A DNA stretch of 63,073 bases, the filler included, from Kipferlia bialata (Eukaryota), in the NCBI GenBank assembly GCA_003568945.1. It is 7 parts of 6 records of this genome, joined end to end, with 100 filler letters (N's around TTAATTAATTAA, not from the genome) between each part and the next. Parts side by side here need not be neighbours in the genome. Positions count along the whole stretch, not along the records: positions 12,380 to 27,034 come from BDIP01000793.1; positions 27,135 to 41,776 come from BDIP01000794.1; 5 more parts are not named here. One strand, 5' to 3'. The notes below the pieces were generated by a model, which worked only from the letters and a program-made list of their open reading frames with translations, searched no databases and had not been told where the DNA came from. A program made the position numbers and the translations under genes. This document shows positions 24,692 to 39,015 of this stretch, in pieces; positions within the stretch are counted from its first letter, which is position 1, and each line of letters opens with the position of its first letter.

Positions 24692-26416
24692 ATGGTTGGC
24701 CTTGTATACAGAAACATCACCTTGCAGAACCAGTTACAGGGACAGGATGGCTCTTTGATACATCTGGGTGACAACCAAGCAATGTGGATAGGTGTGAGTC
24801 AATCCCAATCATTGTATGTATATACAGTGAACATGTACATCAAGGTGTCCCCCCCCCCCCACCTGCGTGCACTTACCACTAGGAAACCGACCCACCTCAT
24901 GTATTCTGTACACCTACGAACCCGCTCTTAGTGGGCTCACTGAGGTAATCACATTTCTCCACGGTCCCTTGGGCTCTCTCTCTCTCTCCCATGCTTTCCG
25001 TCCCCCCATTATTCAATGGCACCTCTTCTCATCACTCTAGCCCATTTATATCTCTGCCCTTCTAACTCCAGGTTCTAGTTCCATGCCCCGATGCAGTAAG
25101 TCGGGCCTCTGCCTCCCATAGTGCCTTCCATGCAGTAGGGGGAGAGGTATGGGGACCCACTGTCACGCCTTGTAAGTCTGGGTATGCGTGGTTATGACTT
25201 CTGTTCTGACCCTATGGCTATTTGCCCCCTTGCTGTCGCTGTCTATTCAGTTGTAATTATATGAATGTGGCTAGACACCTACCTACATATGAGTCACACA
25301 TGACAGCTGTTTGGGACCATGTTTCAACTCCCATCCACCCCTTTCATGTCGCCATTGTGCTCACTTCTAGCTCGTATCTTTCTGGGCTGTTAAGAGAGGG
25401 TCGCAATCAGAGAACCGAGTGTACATCCTCTCTCTCGACACTTTGGAATGGAGGGAAGGAAACAGAGAGAGAGGGGATGGCAGGAGGGCTGCTATATATG
25501 GCCAAGAGAACCTTTGCTGTGCACCCATAAGTGACACGAGGCTAAGGGTGTTCAACCCCAGGTATACCATACACCATACACCCTACCCGAGACCTGGTCT
25601 CCTATCACGTCCATTCTATTCAGCACCATTTACACCACAGCGACAGGAGATTCATGGGGCTCTTTCCCAGATACATATTCTTGCCGATAATTCGTTAATG
25701 GATGCACTTGGTATTGACCCAAACTGAGTCAGTAACTGACAACAAGATCAGGCACCGAACTGTCCTGGGTGTATGACACTGAGACACACACCCTAGACAT
25801 GGAGAGGGGACCAAGGATGCCGGTGGGAACGCGGAGGGGTCAAATAGCCACGTCCGAAGGTAGCCCTAAAAGGGCTAAATGTCACCGTAATTAACCGCTT
25901 GCCGCAGCCCATTCGTGCACCTCATTTTCTTTTTCTCACTTCTCAGGAGAGTACTATCTCCTGGCTAACCACATGCTCTTCAGAGAGGGATGGGACGGTG
26001 GACCCCTGACCTGCATAAGTGCGTTGCCAGATTGTGACATAAGGCCCATCGCATCTATGGTTATAGGTCACAATGCAGTCTGTCTTGGCCATTGTCTAGG
26101 GTCGCTACACACTCTGTGCTACTCCCTTGTCACAAGGTATATTTGAGCAGTTATAGCACCAACATACTCTAATGAAAGCGCTCTGAGCCTTCGCTCGCAA
26201 TTAGCACTCCATTTTCAGTGCATCCGAACCTATGTACACATACACCCATGCACCCATGGCAGCGAGTGTGTCACCCTTGGTCGTAGCAAGGCCCCGACTG
26301 ATGTGCGTGTGTGCATGCTATGTGCCACCAGTGCCTTGTGGATGGAGTATGAGGCAGACGAGGGGTACTGGACAGCGGCGGTGGTTGAGATGAATCTGCC
26401 AGATATAGAAGTTTAG
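24692..26416 (+). CDS. Intron-containing member of the beta-propeller-like family
   Basis: LIHLGDNQAMWIG, AFHAVGGE, VYILSLDTLEWR and C-terminal SECVTLG...VVEMNLPDIEV* parallel motifs in 46278-47225 and 47891-48862; internal junctions only partly resolved. Confidence 0.55.
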
Positions 26417-26746
26417 AGCTTAGATAGATGAAGAATGAAGACTCTCTGACCGTCCAAAGAGAGAGTGGGTGGGACCCCTAAATTCCAACACTGAGTTCAT
26501 GGGCAAGGTGAATCATTCCACCCTCTACTGCCCATCCTTCCTCTTTACCTGGGCGGCTCAGGTAAATACCATGATATTACGTGCAATGTGCTGCTGGATT
26601 GTCTCTGGTAGGCTCTATAGTATAGTGGAAGAGTCAGTGACGGTTGTGGTGGCTGTTTTCCTCAATTGTCACAATGGTGAACTGAGACCAATACCTTCTA
26701 TTACATATTCTCCCGCACATACTATGTGGTGTCCCAGCATATGGCT

Positions 26747-26930
26747 ATGACTAACACCAGAGCATATATGCCACCCGCTCCGAGAAAGAGGCCTGCCAAG
26801 AGGCGCCAGGCACCACCAGGTCATGAGGAGACACTGATTCCCTCCCACTGCTGGGGAGAGGACTACCCCACGCTGGAGGCACTCCTGACAGCGGTGCAGG
26901 AGGGAAGCGGCAGACAGTGGAAGCACTCAG
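26747..26930 (+). CDS. First exon of an unknown protein with a basic NLS-like motif, truncated by gap
   Basis: MTNTRAYMPPAPRKRPAKRRQAPPGHEE...RQWKHS followed by donor G|GTAGGG. Confidence 0.4.
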
Positions 26931-26987
26931 GTAGGGGGGTAGATATGTGTAAGAGTGTGTTGGTTTCATGTTGGTAGCGATATATAG

Positions 26988-27034
<47 letters not shown>

Positions 27035-27267
27035 NNNNNNNNNNNNNNNNNNNNNNNNNNNNNNNNNNNNNNNNNNNNTTAATTAATTAANNNNNNNNNN
27101 NNNNNNNNNNNNNNNNNNNNNNNNNNNNNNNNNNGGGGGTGGGGGGGGGGGGGTGGGGGGGGGGGGGGGGGGGGGGGGGGTACTGGGCTACATGGGGCAA
27201 CAAAGCACTTTGACAACAAAGCAAGAGAGAGAGAGAGACAGGCGATTATACAGTCAACACTCTCTAT

Positions 27268-30200
27268 ACCTACTGCCTGGCTACTGAGTGCCCCACACAG
27301 GAGCTCGTCCCGGTGTGAGTCCACTGACGCCGCGTCTCTCACCTGGTAGGCCTCCCCTGCTGGGTGCTGGGGGTCAGACAGGAGACATGGCGTAGAATGA
27401 GGATACTGGGGATATCCTGTAGGAAATGGTTGCCAGAGTATACCAACACAATACTACATAACAACAAACACTCCATATAAGTATCTGCCCACATCCATGC
27501 ACCCACCTCCCACTGACTGATGTCCAGCCTGCCCGACACACTCCTGGGGTGCAGACTCTGTATGAAGGGCAGCACCCCCGAGCAACCCCGGAGGACAAGG
27601 TCCTTGACCCGCAGACGCTGGGCAACCTAGGGGTGAGTGCCGCAGATACACAACCAGAATTACACATTCCGAATGTATATCAATATATGGACAAACTACT
27701 TCATACCTGAGCAGGCAGGGGACCCAGCCGTGACCCAGCCAGGTCAAGGGTGGTCAGGGATAGGACACTCTGGGTCTGGAGAGGGACAGAGAGAGAGGAG
27801 GGCCTGGAGGACTGGGGGTGAGATGGGGCAGGGAGAGTATAGAGTAGAGAATACACAGGGTAATACAAGGATATGGAGAGACTATGGCTGTTCTGGTCTG
27901 CTGTCACCCCACCTCCCCTCCCATGATGCCCCTGAAGACTACTGTGTTCATACTGTCTGGGAGCAGAGACAGAAGCCTAGAGTGAAGGGGGAGCATACGT
28001 ACACAACGTGGAGGGATAAACGAATATATACGGTAACTCTCGCACCTGCATGCATCGCCCATTGTCATTGAGCACCTGTCTATACGCAGGTGTGTCATGG
28101 AGGGAGGGGGTGAGATGAGGGTGCCGAAGTGCAAGGGACAGTCCACCATGGACAGGGACTCCACATTGGACAGACCAGTCCAGAAGTCGACATCAAGCTC
28201 TGATGGGTGAGAGGTAGTTACATCAGACAAAGGTACTTGTGTACATCCATTCCATATGTACCACCCACCTATATTCTCGTTGATGTACTCCCTTGATATC
28301 ACCATCATGCCACCCGATGTCCCCCCCTGCTCCCTGGCCCTCCCTATCCTAGGGTCGTATAGCTCCATGTCCCTCTCCCTGGCAGTGTTCTGGGGGTCAC
28401 AGGCCAGCCTGGCGAGGAGGTCTACAGGGACCCCAGCAGCGTAAGAGGCCTCCACGGCTCTGAGCTGCTGCCCACTCAGGGTATAGTCGACGGGGGGCTT
28501 GCCTGAGCTGGGGGAGCTGGTGCGCTTGTTGCTAGGCTGCATGTCTCCCATGTCTCCCTCCTCACCTCTCACATCAGGGTCTACACAGGCCTGTCTCTTT
28601 CTGGCCATCTGGGTCCGTCTCATATATATCAGGTTCTCAGAGATGTCCCGCCTCTCCCTAGGGTGAGACACTTGGTCAAGACAGATAGAGTACTACGAAG
28701 TATGGTATATGAACCAAAAGCGTGAATGAGAGACAGTACATAAATAGAGTGTTTCAGAACAGGCACTCACTCTTCGATCATGTAGGGGTTGTCCCAGGTA
28801 TCGTCTGACCTCTCCCCTGCGGCTCGTCTCTCAGCCATCTCTCTCTCTTCCAGGGTCTCCTGCAGCTTCCTGTCCTCCTCACTGATGAAGGTATCGAACC
28901 CAGGGGCACCATCATCAAGGCCACTGGCAGCGTCCATGGTGTTGGTGTCACTCTCCTCGTCCTCCTCTGTCTCCCCAGTGGCATCCGCCATCTGATACTC
29001 AGCCTCCTCTCTCTCTCTCTGCAGCCTGCTCTTCTCATCACCCCCAGCCCCTGTACCCCTACCCCTCTTGGCTGGGTTGGCACGCGTACCCCCTCGGCAC
29101 CCACGGACAGGCCTGGTCCTCTCTCTCTCCCTCCCTCCCCCTCCCTCCCTGCTGCTACTGGGCATGTCTGGAGTGATACCCCCTCCCTCCCAGTCCTCCT
29201 CGGGGTCAGACACCACACCACCGACACCCCCAGACTCCTCATCATCCTCATCACTATCATCTAGTACTCTCTCACTCCTCCTCTTGAGTCTACGTCTAGG
29301 CTGTGTAGGCTGGAAGGTGACGTCCTCGCTCTCGCTCTCCTCTGCCTCTGTCTCCTCACTCTCACTCTCAGGGGACTGTATCACCTTGGTCCTCCTAGAC
29401 TGGGTCTTCCACTGCTGTGGGCTCCTGGGTCTGCCCCCTCTACCGGACTCGGCAGCGCTGGGTGTGGGTATGTGGTGATGCATCAGTATACTGAGAGGAT
29501 ATCATCAGTGCCCTTGAACTGCGTCACTGCAAAACACAGTACAAGGAGCAGACAAGTACGATACACACAACCATCTATCTATCTATCAATATACATACCC
29601 GGATGGCTCCTGGCCCTTCTGAATGGCCTTCATGGTGGTGATGGTGCCAAAGCGAAGGGTGCGCATATCACTGAGATGAGACGTGCATCGCAAGGGCATA
29701 TGCCCCAAGGGCATGAGAGAGAGAGAGAGAGCCACAAGAGAGTATATGGAACCACCACGTACTTTTGCGAGAACCGGCCCTTGACATGAGGCATGAACAA
29801 CTCAGGGGGGACCATGCGGAGGGTGAGAGACTGCCTGAGAGAGGGGGGGACATCGAGATCGATGAAGGTCTTGAGCCTATGGGTGAGGGACTGACTATCA
29901 GAAGACACTGAGGCATGTTAGTGAAATACCATCAGTGTAACCACTCTACCCTATCCACCAACTTGGATCGCAATGGCTTGTATGCTGGTATAGATACCTT
30001 CTAATGGTGGCCGAGATGGGTGCTGTGTCAGTTGCCTCGAGCTCCGCAGCCTTGAGGTCGTTGGTCAGTACCCTGTTGTGAGGGGGGGGGGGGTAAGTAT
30101 ATACAGTGTGTCTGCCCATCATCTGTCACAGACGAGTACCAATAGGGTAGTGGACCGAGTACACAAGAGTCCCATGCAGCCTCCCTGTACCTCAGTGTGT

Positions 30201-33200
30201 GGTACCACCAGTTGGTGTCGGTATCATCCTCTTTCACATCCTCACCATCATCATGTCTAGGGGGTCAGCGGGAAGGGGGGGGGGAGGTGTTGGCTAAGAG
30301 TATACCATTATATACGACCACATTATCCTGTGGGGACAGAGACAATAGCACACACACCTGTACTGGAAGAATGCGTCAGCCCTAGGGTATGCTGTGACGA
30401 CTCTCTCAAGGACTCCGCAGACCTTGTTGGCAAGACTGGTGGGTAAGATGGGATAGATGTGTATACTAACAACTCTTGAGTGTCACATTACGCAAATCAC
30501 ATTCACTCACACTTGTATGACTGAATATACAGAGCAAATAGATCACTTACGTTGCGGCCACGGCTGGTGATGTCTCCACACAGTCAAGGGCATGGCAGGA
30601 CTGAGAGGGTGAGACAGGATATACAGGAGTGAATGGAACACATGCACATCTCTGATGGCAAAGAACTGTCAAATGCCATCGACACTAAGTAGTGTGTGAG
30701 TGGACGGTGCCCCTTGTACCTTGTAGAACGACGTGGTGCGGTTCTCGGCATCCCTCCCAGCAATGCCAGAAACACTGTGAGAGTAGAGGGGCTCCTTGGT
30801 ACCAAAGGATCTGTGGAGGTAGAGAGCACGGGTGTAGTGCTGAGGTGAGAGGGGCACATTGTGGAATGAAACATATAAATAGAAGTGTGACACACACATA
30901 TATACACACATACACAACATCGAGAGGCTATATAGGTACCTGTACCGCAAGCATAACGTTGCTGATAGAGACTGATCTGTGCTCCTCGGGCAGTCCCTCA
31001 AAGACACCGAGGGCATACACGGCCATGCGCTCTGGCAGTGAGGCAACATGGTCTATACGGGACAAGTATTAGTAATCACCATACAATATATATTCATAGA
31101 CCACGGTACTAAGGAATAACAACACACATTAGCCACGAATAAGCTTCCCCCTCCCCGGCATATATCTCATCGTGCCGCACCTGCCTCCTTGAGCATCTCC
31201 CTAGGGGTGGGGGCGGGTCTCTTGCTGTGGACCAGCTTAGACAGAGAGGATGCACCCGATACACGTAGATGGGGAGCGTCCTGGGAGACACACCGTAGGG
31301 CAATGTACATCTCTGCCTGGGTATAAGGATAGGTGGAATATCTATATCGTATACATGTATATATATATATATATATACACCAAGCCCCACTCACCATCCA
31401 GAGGTACATGTCGATCAGCAGAGTGCCCAGTGTGAGTGTCGTGTGCTCAGGGTCGCCTCCATCCCCACCCCCAAGGCCCCCAGCTCTCTCCAGGAGACGC
31501 TGGCATGAGTCTACACAGGTTACAAACATATATACGAATACGTATGATGCTATTGTACCTGAAATACAGTGGCGTGATGATTATGCGTCCATACCGACGT
31601 AGCTCGTGCGCATACATACTCACACCGGTCAACAGTGTGATGTGGGTACCTTATACACATACCATATACACACACATACCTTATACAGGTCATGGGCGGC
31701 AGGGACAACGTCACAGAGGGTGGTCAGAACCTAGGGGTAAGGGTCCTAGCGCTAGGGGGAATACAATGATAATTGGTGGATAGACACATACAAGTCCAAG
31801 TACCTTGAGAGCCTGAGGAATTCCAGCACCGAATGGCTCCTCGAGCTGATCCAGTCTGTCGAAGCACCGGATGCACTCTCCTATGCTGGGGGTGAGGGAT
31901 ATATTGAAGTGGTCACACGGCCAACACGGTAGGGTATGGGGTTGACTGACACTACCTGAGTGTATCGTTATCTCTGCCCCTCAGAACATTCCTAGCGGCT
32001 AGAGAGACATGCTGAGGTGAGTCGAAATCACACCACTTACACACCAATCAGAGGACATGTACTAGTGGGTATAATAGAGCAGTAGTATTGCGTGCATTGG
32101 CATGTACCTGGTCTGCGGCATCTAGGCCATCGACCACAGAGAGATACGTGGATTGCTCTTCTGCTGACGGGTGAGGGATATATGATATGATACACGATAT
32201 ATGAAGAGTAGGTGAAGTACTCAGTTCTAGGCGGTATCCTATTAACGGTCTACCGATACCGTACCTCCCGACCAGGACTGTGCACAACTCTGCTTGAAGT
32301 AGCCTCGGGCCTCATCATACCTGTGTTAGTCAGGTATCAAAGGTGACACTGCTGTGGCAATACACATTATCCTGTGACATACAATATCTCTCTTCTGCCC
32401 ACTTGACCCGTATATATATATATATAGTACCTCCCCGCCCTAATCATGCACTCTGCGGCATCATAGATGGCCCGGCCCTTGATCTCTCTCCCATGCACAC
32501 AGTTAACGAGGTCCTGGGGTGAGGGTACATACAATAGACTAACAGTAAGGCCCTAGTACTACAAGATAGGGACTATACATATGACATAACGTCTCACCTT
32601 GAGTCCTGCTAGCTTCATATAGGCTGCGGCTGCCTCCCCAAACATCCCCCTGTCGATGTAGGACTTGGTGAGGATGCTGGTCAGGGTCTCCAGTCTATCT
32701 AGGGTCAGAGGGATGGAACAGTTACACGGGGATGCGGTAATATAGTACGTAGCTCCCAACATGGACTATTCCGTTACCTGTCAATACGTTGACGGTGTGG
32801 GTGTTGTCCTTCCTGTATTCACTCGTATGGCACCGGGTGCACAGGATGTTGCGGTCGGAAATCAATTCGGCGCGGATGGTGGCTGGGGTAAGTACAGAGA
32901 CAACTCTGAAACCGTGGCCAATTCGGGATGAAGACATGATTCACTCTAAACAATGAACTGGTTGATGTCTCTTCCCACCTAACCACTTCCAGGCCTTGCC
33001 GGTGTCCTCAACCAGGAGCAGAAGACGCACCTACAGTGAGAGCAGTGATATTGGTTATGGCATCAGTACTATACCACTTGGACATGCGCATAGAGAAGCA
33101 TATACTCACCAGTGACATCTCTAGATCGAACAGAGGGCGGTCTGCGTCTGGCTGGGTGTACCTGAGAGACATACACACCCTGGGAGGTCAGACGTAGAAT

Positions 33201-34166
33201 ACTAATAGACAAGAGACTATTTTTGACACCACACTTTGGACTATATATCCCTCCCTCACCTCTCCCAGCAGTCCCGCAGGACAGAGTATCCAGCTAGGGG
33301 CATGGTGCCTCCATAGCACCTGGGGTAAGGGGAGACAGTCTCTCTCTCTCTCTGTATACACATATATATACATTTACATATATACATGTATATGCATACC
33401 TGTCCAGCTGAATGGACCACTCAATTGTACCCCTGGTGTGGTACTCCCGGATATACTGGGGGTGAGCGGACAAATGACACTCAAAGATTAGTAATTAATA
33501 ATACTAATATGGGTACTGTATAAATATACACACACAGTATAACCACGTGTGTATGAAGACACGTGTAAGATCACCAAAATGAACATGGCACAAATACAAT
33601 ACACATAAATGAGTATCAATGGGACTGTCCTACCAATGCCAGTAGTCAGCGTATACCTCTAACACAATAGCAACCCTAAAAAGGTATCACACACACTCAC
33701 CATGGGAACGCCGTTTTGTCTTCGGTCATCTGCATATGTCTTCATCCTCTTGAACGTATCCTACCATTAGAAGAAGCCTAGTATTCACGGGTTGAGGGAT
33801 CACCATACCGAGCTAGACTAATAGAATGCATATACAGGTAGTAAATCCACCCTGAACAGGGCCATATCCATACTTGTATATATATATATCCATATTCATA
33901 TTAGCGTATATATATATATATATACATCCCCACCCTGAACAGGGCCATGTTTGTATATATATATGTACTACAATGTATACATATATGCATATCCTACAGC
34001 TCCCCCCACCCTGAACAGGGCCACATATATATGGAAATACACACATATATACATATATATATATATATTTATATATATCCACCCACCCTGAACAGGGCCA
34101 TGCTCAGCTCTCCGTTGTTGCACCTGGATGCAGCGATGGCACAGTTAATGAGGGCCTCGAGAATGC
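27268..34166 (-). CDS. Large multi-exon protein: helical TPR-like N-terminal half, acidic disordered linker, C-terminal leucine-rich repeats; both ends lost in gaps
   Basis: In-frame splicing traced from ~30258 (WWYHTLRY) through LKTFIDLDV, the acidic exon ending at 28771, and LRR-like exons (LSNVESLSMVDC, MTHLRIDRC, LTTLDLAGSRL, VKDLVLRGC, RLDISQWE). Upstream exons such as GMFGEAAAAYMKL and YDEARGYF are TPR-like. Confidence 0.55.
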
Positions 34167-34215
34167 CTGGAGTAAGGGGGGGGGGGGGGGGGGGGGGGAA
34201 AAGAAAAAAAAATTA

Positions 34216-35133
34216 NNNNNNNNNNNNNNNNNNNNNNNNNNNNNNNNNNNNNNNNNNNNNNNNNNNNNNNNNNNNNNNNNNNNNNNNNNNNNNNNNNNNN
34301 NNNNNNNNNNNNNNNNNNNNNNNNNNNNNNNNNNNNNNNNNNNNNNNNNNNNNNNNNNNNNNNNNNNNNNNNNNNNNNNNNNNNNNNNNNNNNNNNNNNN
34401 NNNNNNNNNNNNNNNNNNNNNNNNNNNNNNNNNNNNNNNNNNNNNNNNNNNNNNNNNNNNNNNNNNNNNNNNNNNNNNNNNNNNNNNNNNNNNNNNNNNN
34501 NNNNNNNNNNNNNNNNNNNNNNNNNNNNNNNNNNNNNNNNNNNNNNNNNNNNNNNNNNNNNNNNNNNNNNNNNNNNNNNNNNNNNNNNNNNNNNNNNNNN
34601 NNNNNNNNNNNNNNNNNNNNNNNNNNNNNNNNNNNNNNNNNNNNNNNNNNNNNNNNNNNNNNNNNNNNNNNNNNNNNNNNNNNNNNNNNNNNNNNNNNNN
34701 NNNNNNNNNNNNNNNNNNNNNNNNNNNNNNNNNNNNNNNNNNNNNNNNNNNNNNNNNNNNNNNNNNNNNNNNNNNNNNNNNNNNNNNNNNNNNNNNNNNN
34801 NNNNNNNNNNNNNNNNNNNNNNNNNNNNNNNNNNNNNNNNNNNNNNNNNNNNNNNNNNNNNNNNNNNNNNNNNNNNNNNNNNNNNNNNNNNNNNNNNNNN
34901 NNNNNNNNNNNNNNNNNNNNNNNNNNNNNNNNNNNNNNNNNNNNNNNNNNNNNNNNNNNNNNNNNNNNNNNNNNNNNNNNNNNNNNNNNNNNNNNNNNNN
35001 NNNNNNNNNNNNNNNNNNNNNNNNNNNNNNNNNNNNNNNNNNNNNNNNNNNNNNNNNNNNNNNNNNNNNNNNNNNNNNNNNNNNNNNNNNNNNNNNNNNN
35101 NNNNNNNNNNNNNNNNNNNNNNNNNNNNNNNNN
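34216..35133. other. Assembly gap (~918 N)
   Basis: Continuous N run. Confidence 0.99.
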
Positions 35134-35455
35134 TCCCTAAGGAAGAGAATACTCTCTTTCTCTCCCTCCCTCCCCACTCCCCCTCGTCATCTGGTACAAA
35201 GAAGATCCAGTCTTCGTGAGTGTCTTAGTTGCTCTACGATTTTGAGTCATATCACTGGCCAAATCTGTGTCTCCATCTCCCTCCCTGTCTCACCCCCCCA
35301 TTCCGGTGTCTGGATGTATTCACACTACATAGACTCCACTACCACACTTTCATCTCTCTCACTTCTGCCTCCCATTAGCCCACCTCTTTCACTCTATGAT
35401 ATCAATATTTCTTATCTATTCTTATATACTTGCCATCTTTCTGCTACATCCATCA

Positions 35456-35489
<34 letters not shown>

Positions 35490-38176
35490 CTACTCCTCCC
35501 CCACCACACTCTCTGCCCCCTGTCCTATCTGTCTGGCAAGGGCTATGCACTCCTGGGCCTTCACCCTGGGGTTAAATATTATACCATATTATTGTTATAT
35601 AGTATGTAGTGTGGTATAGTATACTACGGAGGGCTCTGCACTCCTGGGCCTTGGGATAGGTGTGTAGAAATGTATGAAAGTGTATCACGATACAGTCCCT
35701 GACCAGCCTTGGGATCATGCAGTATAGTACAGTATATATACCATACTATTGTGCAATACTGCTGTACATGTATTAAACATACAATACTCCCTACCTCTCC
35801 GCCAGCTGTGGCATCTTGTACATGGTGGCCACTGCCCTGGTCATGGCCAGCTGCAGTCTGGGGTTAGGGTTTATATAGTATAAATATATATAGTGTATAT
35901 ATATAGTGTGTGTGTGAGAGAGGGACAGAGATAGGTCAATGCCAAGATCATGGCCAGCTGCAGTCTGGAGTGAGTGCACAGAATATATGTATATCTATGT
36001 ATATGCTTGCACATCTATGTACCTGATCTTGGCTGCCCTGACCAGACCCTCAAGTCTCTATACATATGTACATACATCCATTTATACACATTATCATATA
36101 TATACAAGTACTTGATACCTGATCTTGGCTGCCCTGACCAGTCCCTCGATGCTATATATACTGAATATATATAAATACACATATACACAAGATCCTATAT
36201 ATCCATTACTACACACTCATGTACCTGATCTTGGCTGCCCTGACCAGTCCCTCGATGCTCTGGCCCCTGGGGGTTAGATATACTTCAGATATATACACAT
36301 AAATCATATCTCCTATACGCACTGCACTGTACATATTACTGCTTCTAGATACCTTGCCATGTCCATAAGTGAGTGCATCTGACCACAATATTGTATTCCA
36401 TATATATATATATGCATATACAACATATATATCTATCTATCTATCTATACATATACACTGTACCTAGCCATGTCCATGAGTGAGTGCATCTGGTCAGACC
36501 ATACAAGCCCCCAAATACATTACATATTTATGTATATATATCTATATACATCTATATATATCTATATCTATATATGTATACATACTGTACCTAGCCATGT
36601 CCATGAGTGAGTGCATCTGGTCAGACCGGGCAGCACACTCTGGGGGTGAGATGCAACTATATATATGTGTACTATATATGTGTGTGTAGACATTTACACA
36701 CACATAAAGTGAATAGGAACATACCATTGAGCATGTCTGTGTCGATACTACTGTCTGATCCCAGCTGCTCTGCTGCCAGTACCTCCATGCTATAAATATA
36801 TGTATCTATATACATATACATATATATATATATATAACATACCATTCAGCATGTCGGTATCGATACTTGTGTCACTGCCCAGCTGCTCTGCCAGTCCCTC
36901 CAGGGTATATATATATATATATATATATACTGTATGCACGTACCATTGAGCATATCAGTGTCGATACTAGTGTCTGATCCAAGCTGCTCTGCCAGTCCCT
37001 CCAGAGTGTACTCAGGTCCATCAAGGGGGACGGTAGGGAGACAGTGAGCGGGGACTAGGGTGAGTATACAATATCAACATATATCAGACTCAGCAAATGT
37101 ATTAGATGCCCGTACCCCTGTCAGTGCCCTTGGCCACTGTTGCCAGCATGCCTCTCTCCCTCTCTCTGCCTCTCTCTCCCCCATCCTGTGATCCACTCTC
37201 TCTCTCTGCCTGGCTGGGGGTCTCCACACAGTCGGCCTCTCTCTCCCTCTCTGTCTCCTGGCATCAGCACATATGAGTTCTGAATACATTGGCCAGTAAT
37301 TACTGTAATATGTATAAAGAGAATAGATATAGTATTTGCGTATCTCAGTCATACCTGTGTCTGTGGCATGGTGGGTGGTATAGAATGGAATATCCACCAC
37401 AATGGACATATAGAGTACCAATATATGGGTATATACATATGTATACTATATACACATATGTCTATGCATACCTGTGTCTGTGGCACTGTGGGTGGTATGT
37501 AACTGTGCCCCTCAGGTACACGGGGGGTGGAACTGAGGGTGAGACAGGTATAGGTACAATTGCAACATATATACGGTGTATGGAGCTAGGGTAGAGCCCA
37601 GTAGTGCCACTATGGACACATATGGTTCTATACATGCGTCATACATACCTGATCTGTGGCTGCCTTCTGATGTTCCTGGCTGTGCTGGGGGTGGACACCC
37701 TGGAGGGGACAGGGCGCTGGTGTAAGAGACATATTATAAGCGTATAAGATTAGATAGAGAGAGAGAGAGAGAGGTTGACACCCTGGAGGGGACAGGGCGC
37801 TGGAATATTAGTATATATATAATACATATTGTATACTCGCTCTATATGTTACAGAGAGAGAGAGGGAGAGAGAGAGAGAGGTGGACACCCTGGAGGGGAC
37901 ATGGCGCTGGGTATGAGAGATAAGACATATGTATCAATAGAGCTATATATATATACAATATCTATACAAGAAATACTTAATATTGACATTGTACTACCTT
38001 AGGTATGACCACTGGGGCACGGCGTGCAACACCCTGGGGGTCAGATGGCATATGGCACTCAGCACATTTACAAACATATACATATATACTGTAATAAAAT
38101 ATTATACCTGCTGCCTGATGGCCCCCATTGATGCCACCCTCACGGGATGTATATACATATACAATCCCCCCCCCCC

Positions 38177-38207
<31 letters not shown>

Positions 38208-38975
38208 CCATATTCAATATAGTATCTATACCTTCTGCCTGATGGCCCCCATCGATGCCACCCTCATCGGCTGTCTGGTGCTGACAGGGGTCTGGCGCAC
38301 AGGCATCTAAGGTGAGTATACATATGGGTTACATATAGATAGAGACCCACCCTGACAGGTGTCTCACACACAAATATGAGAATCAGTGAATCAATGTATA
38401 TATACATATATACATTTATATATATGTATAGAGAGAGAGAGAGAGAGAGAGAGACATGCCTACCTTGACAGGGGTACGGACAGGTGCAGGGGCATATAGA
38501 TGTATTACATATATACTATACAATGTATAGTATATACATATATTGAGAGAGACCCACCTTGACTGGTGTACGGACAGGTGCAGGTGCATATAGAGGTCGT
38601 ACATATATTATATACCAAGTATATGTATGTATATAGAGATAAATAGTATGTATAACCCACCTTGACTGGTGTACGGACAGGTGCAGGGGCACGTCTTACA
38701 ACCTGGGGGTGAGATATACAAACAACAATAGGTGCACACATAAACACGTAACAATGCATATGTTAATCTGGGGCATACAATATGACTAGTATTCATATGT
38801 ACTATATATGAATAGAGGTAACTGACCTTAGGCACTGGTCTAGGGGCTGTGTATACACTGTATATAATGTATAAACATCTACACATAGGTACAACATATA
38901 TTGGTTTCATAATATATAATACATTCATGAACTACATAACTGACCTTAGGCACTGGCCTTGGGGCTGTGATCATA

Positions 38976-39015
<40 letters not shown>

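Noticed and set aside
29660..29760. Apparent intron without an AG acceptor
   Set aside because: A canonical in-frame CTCATCTCAG acceptor lies ~40 nt further on
33947..35177. 397-aa and 357-aa ORFs in the track
   Set aside because: Almost entirely N-gap translation
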